In this document: positions 29,114-38,274 of the stretch, in pieces
Layout: every line of letters begins with the position of its first letter
Position numbering within the stretch: the stretch's first letter is position 1
Notes under the pieces: model-generated
Seen by the model: the letters and a program-made list of their open reading frames with translations, nothing else
Database searches by the model: none
Told to the model about the DNA's origin: nothing
Translations under genes and position numbers: made by a program
Assembly (NCBI GenBank): GCA_964454545.1
Contig: CAYVTI010000011.1
Coordinates: 1 to 57,844, forward strand
Source of the DNA: an uncultured Rickettsiales bacterium
GTDB taxonomy: Bacteria > Pseudomonadota > Alphaproteobacteria > Rickettsiales > JABCZZ01
Direction of reading: 5' to 3'
Length of the DNA stretch: 57,844 nucleotides

Positions 29114-31411
29114 TCAGGGTTTATTAGGACCAGGAGTAGGTGTGTTCGCCCATGCGAGAGCCTTTCTACGAAATTGTACAAAGTCCCTTACGATCTCACG
29201 GGCTTCCCTTCCCAGTTCTGCAGGAGTCGCCTGAACGGCAGCTCCAAGTTTTGCTCCCGCTTGACTAAGATCTCGTGCAATATCTTTTCTGATTTTATGG
29301 CTAACGGCGCTGATGTTTTGCTTAGTGAGCTGACCAGGTATGGCTCCTACGGCAGTTCCAATCTGACCTAAAGCGTTGTTGAAACTATTCCAGTCCTGCG
29401 CCGCCTGGGTAGCCGCCTGTGTCCCCATCCTCTGCAGATTCTGACCTATCTTCTGTCCTCTCTGCTGGATCTGCTGGAGGTCAGCGCCAACCTCTCTCTT
29501 CATATTTCCCGCCATCCGACGGGTTGCGCTCCCTTTGCGGAACCTTACATTCCTGCTCACTTTCCAAGTTGTAGTTCCCTTGCGGAACCCTACATTCCGG
29601 GCCACATTCCGAGTTGCAGTTCCCTTGCTGAATACTACGTTCCTGCCAGCTGTTGCAAACCCATGCCCAACAACCTGCGCTCCTGCTGCAACACCATGAC
29701 CGACAGCCTGCGCGGCATTTACTACATTATCTTTAGCGGTTCGCGCGGTATTCACTACTTTAGCTTTCGCTTTTCCAACAGCTTGTCTCGGATGCAACGC
29801 CGTTCTCGTAGCAAACTTGGCAGCTCCTACCATCTTGTTTCCTGCATTTCTAGCCACCGCGCCGTATCCTCCTCTTTTTTGCACTGCGGCATTTACCTTA
29901 CCGGCAGCGGCTTTGCCAAAATCGAACGCCACTGAGCCAGGACCACGCCCGCCGAAGAAGGTATTGGAAGCCCACCTGCCGACCGCAGATCCCCTTACAA
30001 CGCCTGGCCCTGTTCCTCCCGTTATGTCATTTGAAATCTGCTCGATGAACTTGCTGAGATTCTTGCCAAGATGAGTAAGGAGCAGGAAGTAAAAGACATC
30101 CGCCAGCTGTACGGGCGAAGGCCCTTCCCAGTCCATCCCCTGGCCGCATTGCGCCCCACAGCTGTTGGGGTATTGCCCGATGTTGGTGACGGCAAGATTC
30201 TGATAGGTATCCGTCGGGCGCCACCAGTGAACATCAAATACTCCTATCCTGAAAAATGTCACATAACAATAATTAAGAATACCGATAGCGTTATTGACCA
30301 CATGGCCGTGTATATCGGTATTGAATATCATCGCCGACATCAGGTTCATCAGTATAACGGCATAAAAGCCGAGAAAGGCAAAGAGCAATACAGGCTGCAT
30401 AAAAAAGGCCAGCACCTGGCTGGTCCATCCCATGAAAATCTGCCGGGTTTTCTCAAAAAGGACAAAAGGAAAGAAAATAGGAGCCAGTCCTAAAAGAAAT
30501 GCAAGCCCCACCATGGATCGGACATAAGTTATCATGGCGCCGACAAGCATGAATAAAAATTCCACGACCCCCCATAAAATGGTTACGATTATCAACGGAC
30601 CAAACACCAGCGTCAGGAAAGATGCCATCATGACGACAAATGTGAGGGAAAACACCAGCGTCATGGGACCGGTAAGCGACCCCATACTTCCCGGACTTAA
30701 TCCGCCAGTATCGCTGACCGCATTTTGAAAGCTGTTTCCCGCTCCCGCCTGAGAAAAAGACGCTATCAAATCATTGGTGGTGTGGAGTATGGGCAACGAT
30801 ATCCACTGGCTGAAGAAATTCCATCCGCCCTGCCCCACTACGCTCCAGATTATGCTGATCTTTATGAGGCGGGTTACTATTTCGCCTACGCGCAGTGGCG
30901 CAAGCCCAAACACGATCAGGATTCCATACACTGCCACATATAAGAAAACTAGCGCAGTTATAATGCCTTGATAATTGCTATTCCCTATGATGCCCGTGCC
31001 TGCTAACGGATCGCCGTAAAATGTCTGGGAAACATTACTCAGGACATTATTAATTGTATTGAATATGGCGTTTATAATATCGCTTCCAGGCCCAGATCCC
31101 GGACTCAAAGCTTCGGCCATAAGCCCATAATTGTAAAAAATGCCATTCACCACTTTGCCCGGAGGCTCCAGATCCGTGGCACACAGACAAGTGCTGCCAT
31201 CCCCATTCCTGTTAGGACAGGAAGCATACGTGTCACTATAGGAAACAGCAAGAACCCCGACCGCCAGCAGCAAGACGGCAGACAAAAATATAATTTCACT
31301 GAAGCGCAGGGCGGGAATGCCCCTGCGCATTTTCTGCAAGCATACCGCTAATACAGAGTTATTAGCCGCAGAAATCATACACGTATTTTTCCTCAGAATT
31401 TTAATTATCAT
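29114..31411 (-). CDS. virB6: VirB6/TrbL-family T4SS protein (paralogue 3) with repeat-containing basic tail
   Basis: LAPIFFPFVLFEKTRQIFMGW...QPVLLFAFL; close paralogue of 26936-29104. Confidence 0.88.
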   Translation of the reverse strand: MIIKILRKNTCMISAANNSVLAVCLQKMRRGIPALRFSEIIFLSAVLLLAVGVLAVSYSDTYASCPNRNGDGSTCLCATDLEPPGKVVNGIFYNYGLMAEALSPGSGPGSDIINAIFNTINNVLSNVSQTFYGDPLAGTGIIGNSNYQGIITALVFLYVAVYGILIVFGLAPLRVGEIVTRLIKISIIWSVVGQGGWNFFSQWISLPILHTTNDLIASFSQAGAGNSFQNAVSDTGGLSPGSMGSLTGPMTLVFSLTFVVMMASFLTLVFGPLIIVTILWGVVEFLFMLVGAMITYVRSMVGLAFLLGLAPIFFPFVLFEKTRQIFMGWTSQVLAFFMQPVLLFAFLGFYAVILMNLMSAMIFNTDIHGHVVNNAIGILNYCYVTFFRIGVFDVHWWRPTDTYQNLAVTNIGQYPNSCGAQCGQGMDWEGPSPVQLADVFYFLLLTHLGKNLSKFIEQISNDITGGTGPGVVRGSAVGRWASNTFFGGRGPGSVAFDFGKAAAGKVNAAVQKRGGYGAVARNAGNKMVGAAKFATRTALHPRQAVGKAKAKVVNTARTAKDNVVNAAQAVGHGVAAGAQVVGHGFATAGRNVVFSKGTATRNVARNVGFRKGTTTWKVSRNVRFRKGSATRRMAGNMKREVGADLQQIQQRGQKIGQNLQRMGTQAATQAAQDWNSFNNALGQIGTAVGAIPGQLTKQNISAVSHKIRKDIARDLSQAGAKLGAAVQATPAELGREAREIVRDFVQFRRKALAWANTPTPGPNKP
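29523..29650. repeat. About three 45-bp tandem units encoding RNVxFxKGxxTxxVx
   Basis: Units begin at 29523, 29568 and 29613. Confidence 0.85.
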
Positions 31412-33219
31412 CTTCCGGTAATACTCTTCATTACATTCTTCATCGCACCGCTTGCCCCGCTTTTCGCTACATTACCCATATTCTTAACACTACCCATTCC
31501 TTTCTCCGCGCCGCCTGCGACTGCTGACTTCATGGCATCCCCCGCCCCTTGCACCGCCTTCACCACTACGCTCTCGAGCGGAACCTGTGCCAGCTGCATC
31601 AGCCCAATGCCTACGCTGATGCTGATGGACTGAGACATATGCGGTATGACTTCCAGTAAATCCCGGAACACCACTGTGACAATTACCAGGCAGATCAACG
31701 TGATGAAAAGCTGGTAAATGGGAAACTGCAGCTGCGGTACCAGAATCGTTATCTTATCAAGAATTTTATTTATGATGCTGTCTATCTCTTCCTCAGCCCA
31801 ATGCACTAGAGTCGTAACAAGGGTCAATGCCCCGTTGATAAGATTACACGCCCACTGTGACCAGAATGGCTCGCTGCTGCAGCCATTTTTGGGAGGTTTA
31901 AATTGCACGTTTAAATGAAGATAAAAGAGCTTGCCCAAAACGATGCAGCAATCCTTAGGCGGCATCAGGCAATCCGGCTTGTCTGGATCACAGGGGTTTG
32001 CCTTAGGATAATTATTATAATCCAGACAGTTATAACCAGTTTTTGAGACAGGCATAACACAAGAATTTATCAACTGGTTTATAGAGCACACGTCCCCTGC
32101 AGGAAGCGCCGGCTTACTTCCCGGGGAAGCGTTCGGCATAGGCACACACTGAGAAAACTGGCCGTCAATAAACTGCGACTCGACCATCACGGCAAAAGAC
32201 ATGAATCCAATCAAGAACAGCGGCTGGAAAATGATGGAGCTTATAAGGCCAAGCCACTTCCAGAAGAGCTCATGGACAAACTTATTATCAAATACCAGCA
32301 ATGGTATGATCAGGGGGGCAACCAGCATCAATATAGCCAGCGAGAAATAAGACAATAAAATAACATAAATGGCGCGCAGCAGGGTCATAAGTACAAGGAC
32401 AAATAATGTAATCGCAGTTATGATGAGAAATACGGCCAGAGCACCGCTAAAGAATGCAGCGGCCAGAATCATGACGATCCCGACGCCCACTCCCACGCCG
32501 ACAGTCGCGGGATCCGATCCGACATTCATCAGACTCTGGAATATGCAATCGAATTCCTGCCACACCTTATATGCCCCGGCAGGAGGCCCCGCCGGAGCGG
32601 CAGGCGGACTGGCACAGGTAAACTGATTAAATCCCATGGACACAAAACTTACCATTTCATCCGCAGCATCCGTTAACGCAACATATATGCCGTTCCCTGC
32701 AGGCGAACTGTAGATACCTGCGCCTGTAAGGTTATCAATAAGAAATAATATGATAGCTGAACGGAACAACAGCGAGGCGCTGTCTTTTAATAAGTGCTCG
32801 GAATTCATCAGCGTAAGCTTGACGCCGAATAATGTAAGGGCCAGCGTTATGGCCGCCCATTTATAGGGAGTAAGCAAAGTGATTATCTGCCCGAGATAAC
32901 CGCCACCCGGCATGCTGATTACGCCGCTGGTATTGCTGCCCGTAAGCGCATCCGTTATTATTGCCCTGACGCAGTATACCACGGCAACGGTAAACCCTTG
33001 CACATTCTTGCCCGCAGTATCCAGGCAAAGCGCGCCATTTGTGGGACCGGAACCATTACCGCCGCCCCCCATACCGCTACATGAAGGCCAAGGCGTGCAT
33101 GGAGGGGTAAAAGCTTTGGCGTCCTGGAAAAACCCTACAGCGAACAGCACTGTAATCACAGCAACTATGCTGAACAGAACATACGCAAATGACTTTTTAC
33201 TGTCCGTATGGATAATCAT
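31408..33219 (-). CDS. virB6: VirB6/TrbL-family T4SS protein (paralogue 2) with Cys/Pro-rich insert
   Basis: VWQEFDC, APLIIPLLVF...F.KWL...FQP core; array position. Confidence 0.85.
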   Translation of the reverse strand: MIIHTDSKKSFAYVLFSIVAVITVLFAVGFFQDAKAFTPPCTPWPSCSGMGGGGNGSGPTNGALCLDTAGKNVQGFTVAVVYCVRAIITDALTGSNTSGVISMPGGGYLGQIITLLTPYKWAAITLALTLFGVKLTLMNSEHLLKDSASLLFRSAIILFLIDNLTGAGIYSSPAGNGIYVALTDAADEMVSFVSMGFNQFTCASPPAAPAGPPAGAYKVWQEFDCIFQSLMNVGSDPATVGVGVGVGIVMILAAAFFSGALAVFLIITAITLFVLVLMTLLRAIYVILLSYFSLAILMLVAPLIIPLLVFDNKFVHELFWKWLGLISSIIFQPLFLIGFMSFAVMVESQFIDGQFSQCVPMPNASPGSKPALPAGDVCSINQLINSCVMPVSKTGYNCLDYNNYPKANPCDPDKPDCLMPPKDCCIVLGKLFYLHLNVQFKPPKNGCSSEPFWSQWACNLINGALTLVTTLVHWAEEEIDSIINKILDKITILVPQLQFPIYQLFITLICLVIVTVVFRDLLEVIPHMSQSISISVGIGLMQLAQVPLESVVVKAVQGAGDAMKSAVAGGAEKGMGSVKNMGNVAKSGASGAMKNVMKSITGR

Positions 33220-34809
33220 TTAGTGCTTACCTCTGTTCTGCGCCATCTTCTGGGCCATATTTGCCGCTGTTTTGCCAATGCTCTTCGCCGCGTCCTTTAT
33301 ATTACCGGTGGAAGCATCGGCAACCGCTTTGGCCAGTTCAAGCGTCTGCATGACTGCCGCCTCGCCAAACACCTCCGCCTTCACTATCTGCTTGCCGGCT
33401 TGCGTTCCCTGCGATACAAGGCTGCTGGCCACTTCCGGTATATAGCTCATGAGGCTGAGCATGATATATGCCAGAAGCGCCGCAACGAATATGGACAGGG
33501 CAATATCTATCTGGTACTGTTCAACGGTTTTACCGTCTCCCTGATCCAGGGCCAGGCTGTTCCAATCAATCGATCCATTACTGAATGCGCTGTCAAGCAT
33601 CGTGTCGTGTTTCTCGGAATTGAACTGCTCCGCAGATTGCCCGTTATCACCCATTGTGCCGCCGCTACCCACATCTGACGCTACCGTATCACCATGCTTC
33701 TCTATTCCAAATTTAAATACCGAATGTTTCTGGGTTACGTAGTACTTTGTGTTGCTTCCATTTCCATTCTTCGGACCTTGAATCGCATTCAAAGGATTCG
33801 TAGCAGGAGCACCGCTTTGCATATTTGCCACCTTTTGAGCGCCAGCTATCTCATACATAATGGATGTCGGACCCGAATATATAGCATCATCCAAAACAAC
33901 GAAGAGCAAGGCAACATACGCATACATCACAAACGGGATAAGCATATATGCGATGCAATAAGCGAGCCACTTCTGGAAATACTGGAATGAGTGCCTGAAA
34001 AACAGCAGGGGCACGAAAAGATAGCCAAGCACGAACATGAAGGAAAGCGACATGACAGACATGATATAATATTGTGCGAACCTCGCTATCGCGAAAAACA
34101 CCGTCGCAATCAGATAGAAAATTGCAAACACAATAGGAATACCCGTACCGCCAGTAAATATGATAAGAAGAATAATAGCTATAAGACCGAGCACGGCAGC
34201 GACTATCCCAATACCAAGCACCCAACCGATAATACAGTCAAGATCCTGCCACAATGTCCATGGCGGATTACTGCTTGTGCAAAAGACGTGCGTGGCAGAC
34301 TGAATGATAATCTGGCTTATGATATCATTCAGGTTGTTCATCATTGCGATGATGTCCGTATAAATAGTGGAAGCATTGTCACAGAAATAAAATACTCCGG
34401 AGATCTTGAAAAGCATCGTAAAGGTATCTCCTTTGATGTTCTGTATGTCACCCAGCATCAGTTTCAGACCAAACCAGCACACTAGAAATATAGCGAGCGC
34501 TCTAATTGCAGGAAGGTAGAAGGTACTCAAATTCTGCATGACAGCGGTGGTGGTGGACGGAATAAAACCGGAAGGCGGTTCGGTGAGGCACAGGATGAGA
34601 GGATAAAGAAACTGGCCAGGATACTGCCCCCTCATGTTGTCGCAATATTGGAGCGCAGGCACCTGGGCATATGCATCGGCGCCGAAGCACAGGATAAGAA
34701 AAACCGCCAGGAGTGAACATGTAATGAACTGCCTGTACGCTGCGGGCTGTAAACAGGATATCGCCAACCTGCCATTATTCCCCCGCAGCACACAGATGCT
34801 TTTCGTCAT
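33220..34809 (-). CDS. virB6: VirB6/TrbL-family T4SS protein (paralogue 1)
   Basis: LWQDLDC, LFVPLLFF...FQKWL core; ATG 34809 overlaps the virB4 stop (ATGA). Confidence 0.87.
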   Translation of the reverse strand: MTKSICVLRGNNGRLAISCLQPAAYRQFITCSLLAVFLILCFGADAYAQVPALQYCDNMRGQYPGQFLYPLILCLTEPPSGFIPSTTTAVMQNLSTFYLPAIRALAIFLVCWFGLKLMLGDIQNIKGDTFTMLFKISGVFYFCDNASTIYTDIIAMMNNLNDIISQIIIQSATHVFCTSSNPPWTLWQDLDCIIGWVLGIGIVAAVLGLIAIILLIIFTGGTGIPIVFAIFYLIATVFFAIARFAQYYIMSVMSLSFMFVLGYLFVPLLFFRHSFQYFQKWLAYCIAYMLIPFVMYAYVALLFVVLDDAIYSGPTSIMYEIAGAQKVANMQSGAPATNPLNAIQGPKNGNGSNTKYYVTQKHSVFKFGIEKHGDTVASDVGSGGTMGDNGQSAEQFNSEKHDTMLDSAFSNGSIDWNSLALDQGDGKTVEQYQIDIALSIFVAALLAYIMLSLMSYIPEVASSLVSQGTQAGKQIVKAEVFGEAAVMQTLELAKAVADASTGNIKDAAKSIGKTAANMAQKMAQNRGKH

Positions 34810-37205
34810 GATCCATTCACCTTTTCCTGGAATATCGGGAGCCATACATCAGGATTATCTCCATATTCCTTAAGTACCTCGTCCAGTATGTTAACGGTTT
34901 CCGCACGGCCCGAGAGCACACAGATGACATCCTCCATTCCTGACAGGTCTATCCTTGCAACCACGACATCTTTACCCTGCTTCACGAGGAAAAAGCGTGA
35001 CCCTGGGTCCGTTGTTTTCAGCAGATTGAACTCGCGCTCGGAAAGCATGAACGCCTTACGGTACACATCCGTTGCTTTCGGATTAGGCAGAAACAGCTGC
35101 GTGGCAGTTTGCTGAATCAGCGTATCGCTTATGGAGCTGTTGGTGGCATCTTCAACGCTTTGCGTAGCAAAAATCACCATCGCGTTAAGCTTACGTAGAG
35201 TTTTGAGCCAGTCCTTTATCTTGCTGGAAAAGATGGGGTTATCAATAAGTGCCCATGCTTCGTCAAGAACAATGACTGTCGGCGTTCCATCCAGTGAAAG
35301 GTTAATTTTATGGAACAAATATAACAGAACCGGAGCAAGCGTAGCTTTATTGCTCAGCACTGGCCCCATCTCAAACCCGAACACCGCCGCTTCATCGAAA
35401 TTAACCGTATCGTCGACGTTATCGAACAATTTGGCATATTGACCGCTGCCATGCCACATTTTCAGGCGGTTTGCGATGCTCCCCGGCATTTCAACACCAA
35501 AAAATGGGGCAATATTGCTTAATATGCGATCTTTCTGTGCAAGTTTGTAATTACCGGCAACCGCCTCCGTAACTTTTTCCATATCCTCCGCCGTAAATGG
35601 CTCGCCATTCACCGTAACCAGGGCTTTAAGCCACTCTCCGATAAAATTCCTGTTTTCCGTTGTATCGGGCAGCTGCAAGGGATTGAAGTTACATTTTTCC
35701 CCGGGTTCTATGATATTATAGGTCCCTTTCAAGGCACGTATAAAAATCTCGGCGCCGCGATCCTTATCGAAGAAGAACAGACGGCAACGAAATTTCTGCG
35801 CCTGCGCGCACAGGAAGTTCATCAGCACGGTCTTACCCGCTCCTGTAGGACCGATAATCGTTGTATGGCCGACATCGCGAAGATGGAAATTGAAAAAGTA
35901 AGGAGTGCCTGACGAAGTATCAAACACGGTAACCGCATCCCCCCAATGGTTACCGGCTATGCGTCCCGTAGGATAATTATGCAGCGAGGCGAACCCGGCA
36001 AGATTAAGCGTGCTTATTTCAGCCTTGCGCCCGACAAAGCTGAAATTCGCCGGAAACTGGGCCCAGAAACACTGCTCGAGAATCAGTTTCTCGCGTATCG
36101 GATTGATGCCTACGTTTATCAATTCCGAGGTCGCCATGGAGACGGCATCATCAAGACGGGCAAGGCTGTCTTCAAGGCACATAATCGTCCAGTGATGCTG
36201 CCCGAACGCGGCATGACCGCTTTGCGCCATATCAAGCGCGTCACTGATTTCCACCACCTGTGAAACAGCGGCATCATTGGATTGCATCATACGCCTCTGG
36301 CGAAGCTGCATCCTGCTGATACTGGTATTGCGGTTGGTAAACGTAAAAGACTGGCTGATAATAAATTCTACAGGCAATTGCAGAAATGCGTCCATAACCC
36401 CCGCTGCCGTGGCATTGGCATATTCCTTGATGCTGACTATGGCCGCATAGCGGGTTTTGGTAAGCCCGCGCATCTCTATGGCGTTCTTGCCGAAATACAT
36501 CCTCTGCATCATCAGGTTATGCGATATGTCGCCAGGCGTCACCTGCACAGGCTGCGTAATCCCGCAATTGGCAATCCTGCTCAAAAATTCCAGGGGTTCG
36601 GAAAATATCCCCCCGTCCCTCTCATACACAGTAAGCTGCCTTGCGCCGTAATCACGGAAGCTTGACAATACGCGGTGCGTGATCTCGGTCAGCTCCTTAT
36701 GCGCTTCACGCATGGTTTCCACTTTTGACGCTTTATTGGCGGTATCCGTCAGCTTCTGGAAATAATGCGCGAATATGGCAGCGCCCTGGGTATCCGCCTT
36801 GCGGATGATACTGATATAGAGTTCGTTGATATAAGAATCCTTGGAATGATGCTTGTGCTTCCATTTGTCATTGACCACACGCGCAAAGCCTGGTGGAAAA
36901 TCCCCTGCAGGAAACCCTCCCTTGCGGCGGCGGATGATGTGAAACCACATAGCATACCCGCCATCCGCCACGCTTTTGAAGAGCGAGTTACGCACCATCT
37001 TTTTCATATCCAGATCTTCATCGTCCGATGTCTCAAATGAAAATCCTTCGGCTTTCACAAACTGGATAAGCTCGCCCGCCTTGGTGATGATGGTTTCGTT
37101 GTCGTAATGGTGCTGATAGGGAAGAAAATTCGCCACTGAATATTCACGCTCGGAATAATAGTTTTTCGATGTGGTACGGCGTTTCAGTTTCATCTTCATC
37201 GACAT
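34806..37205 (-). CDS. virB4: VirB4 family T4SS ATPase
   Basis: TPYFFNFH..DVGHT.IIGPTGAGKT Walker A, FDKDRG, IVLDEAW Walker B, LRKLN, FATQS. Confidence 0.97.
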   Translation of the reverse strand: MSMKMKLKRRTTSKNYYSEREYSVANFLPYQHHYDNETIITKAGELIQFVKAEGFSFETSDDEDLDMKKMVRNSLFKSVADGGYAMWFHIIRRRKGGFPAGDFPPGFARVVNDKWKHKHHSKDSYINELYISIIRKADTQGAAIFAHYFQKLTDTANKASKVETMREAHKELTEITHRVLSSFRDYGARQLTVYERDGGIFSEPLEFLSRIANCGITQPVQVTPGDISHNLMMQRMYFGKNAIEMRGLTKTRYAAIVSIKEYANATAAGVMDAFLQLPVEFIISQSFTFTNRNTSISRMQLRQRRMMQSNDAAVSQVVEISDALDMAQSGHAAFGQHHWTIMCLEDSLARLDDAVSMATSELINVGINPIREKLILEQCFWAQFPANFSFVGRKAEISTLNLAGFASLHNYPTGRIAGNHWGDAVTVFDTSSGTPYFFNFHLRDVGHTTIIGPTGAGKTVLMNFLCAQAQKFRCRLFFFDKDRGAEIFIRALKGTYNIIEPGEKCNFNPLQLPDTTENRNFIGEWLKALVTVNGEPFTAEDMEKVTEAVAGNYKLAQKDRILSNIAPFFGVEMPGSIANRLKMWHGSGQYAKLFDNVDDTVNFDEAAVFGFEMGPVLSNKATLAPVLLYLFHKINLSLDGTPTVIVLDEAWALIDNPIFSSKIKDWLKTLRKLNAMVIFATQSVEDATNSSISDTLIQQTATQLFLPNPKATDVYRKAFMLSEREFNLLKTTDPGSRFFLVKQGKDVVVARIDLSGMEDVICVLSGRAETVNILDEVLKEYGDNPDVWLPIFQEKVNGS

Positions 37206-37214
37206 AGGAACACC

Positions 37215-37517
37215 CTAAAAAATATCATAAGAGTTGGTGTATCCGTAAAAAGCACGGTTACGGCAACTCATTCCCTTACTTCCCCGCAACATTATCAGTT
37301 CAATAGCCAGCGGCTCCTTCATGCATAGCAGATAGCCTATAAGATGAACAATAGGCGCAAGAACGAACAGGGCAATAAAATTATTCGTGTTGATGAAAGT
37401 TATCAGACAGGTGAGGCCATTTAGCACAAAGTACATATAACTGACCCCCATGACCATCGGCGGGCGCGCAAGCCCCTGAAAAAGCGGATCTGCCTGGAGA
37501 CGTCCTGATTCAGACAT
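37215..37517 (-). CDS. virB3: VirB3 family T4SS protein
   Basis: LQADPLFQGLARPPMVMGVSY, two TM segments, C.NR.FYG.TNSY. Confidence 0.95.
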   Translation of the reverse strand: MSESGRLQADPLFQGLARPPMVMGVSYMYFVLNGLTCLITFINTNNFIALFVLAPIVHLIGYLLCMKEPLAIELIMLRGSKGMSCRNRAFYGYTNSYDIF

Positions 37518-37667
37518 ATTACCCTCGCTGCAAATGTAGTGTTATAGGATTAGCGGACAGATAATAATATAGCATAAATTTGTTTCACTTTTTTGACAGC
37601 GGGTTACAAAAACATCCTTGGCTGGAGCTTTGTTTCAGGCACGCATACATACCCTACAACCCAATTA

Positions 37668-37683
37668 TTAATTTTTTGTTAAC
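37668..37683. promoter_or_regulatory. CtrA-binding box upstream of virB3
   Basis: TTAA-TTTTTTG-TTAAC about 150 bp upstream of the virB3 ATG. Confidence 0.65.
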
Positions 37684-37801
37684 AGTAGGGAGAAAATGAG
37701 GCGTTTTATAACATTAAAATGGGCTGCCCTGCTTTAACAGGCACATAAAGCGGGATTTGAAACACCCCCCTCAAATCCTGTCGATTACCGGAGGAATAGG
37801 C

Positions 37802-37900
37802 ATGGAGATCGTATCAGATTATTTTTTTAATTACTTTCATCATCCGATTCCGTCCTTTCATCTTTACGCATTGAAAGAAACGGATTTAGGAACATGCTAA
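37802..37900 (+). CDS. Possible 32-aa small protein
   Basis: GGAGGA at 37790-37795, ATG 37802, MEIVSDYFFNYFHHPIPSFHLYALKETDLGTC*. Confidence 0.3.
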   Translation: MEIVSDYFFNYFHHPIPSFHLYALKETDLGTC

Positions 37901-38013
37901 AAACTTAAACCTATAATCCCAAAAGGTCATTTGCTGGACTTATTTATGGTTATAAAAAACAAAGCTTGAATTAGAGTATTATATGTATAATATATTGTAA
38001 CATAACAATAAAA

Positions 38014-38088
38014 TGGCTGGGGTGCCAGGGATCGAACCTGGGAATGGTGGAATCAAAATCCACTGCCTTACCGCTTGGCTACACCCCA
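38014..38088 (-). tRNA. tRNA-Gln(TTG)
   Basis: TGGGGTG acceptor stem, anticodon TTG, GGTTCGATCC T-arm, CCA end. Confidence 0.95.
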
Positions 38089-38179
38089 ACGTGCGTGACG
38101 TTATAATAGCCATACGCCTGAAGTGGCAAGCATATTGTTAAAATTGTGGCCTATGGCAATTGGATAAACCAAGTGATGA

Positions 38180-38256
38180 TGGTCGGAGTGACAGGATTTG
38201 AACCTACGACCCCTGCGTCCCGAACGCAGTGCTCTACCAGGCTGAGCTACACTCCG
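38180..38256 (-). tRNA. tRNA-Pro(CGG)
   Basis: CGGAGTG acceptor stem, CTGCG-TTCGGGA-CGCAG anticodon arm, CCA end. Confidence 0.95.
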
Positions 38257-38274
38257 ATGATATGAGGGCAGACC

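Noticed and set aside
29523-29650. Regularly spaced repeats considered as a CRISPR array
   Set aside because: In-frame degenerate 45-bp coding repeats with no unique spacers and no cas genes.
38014-38256. tRNAs as integration sites for the T4SS block (ICE hypothesis)
   Set aside because: No integrase or relaxase, and no duplicated tRNA 3' end seen at the far side; the architecture matches the chromosomal rvh system.
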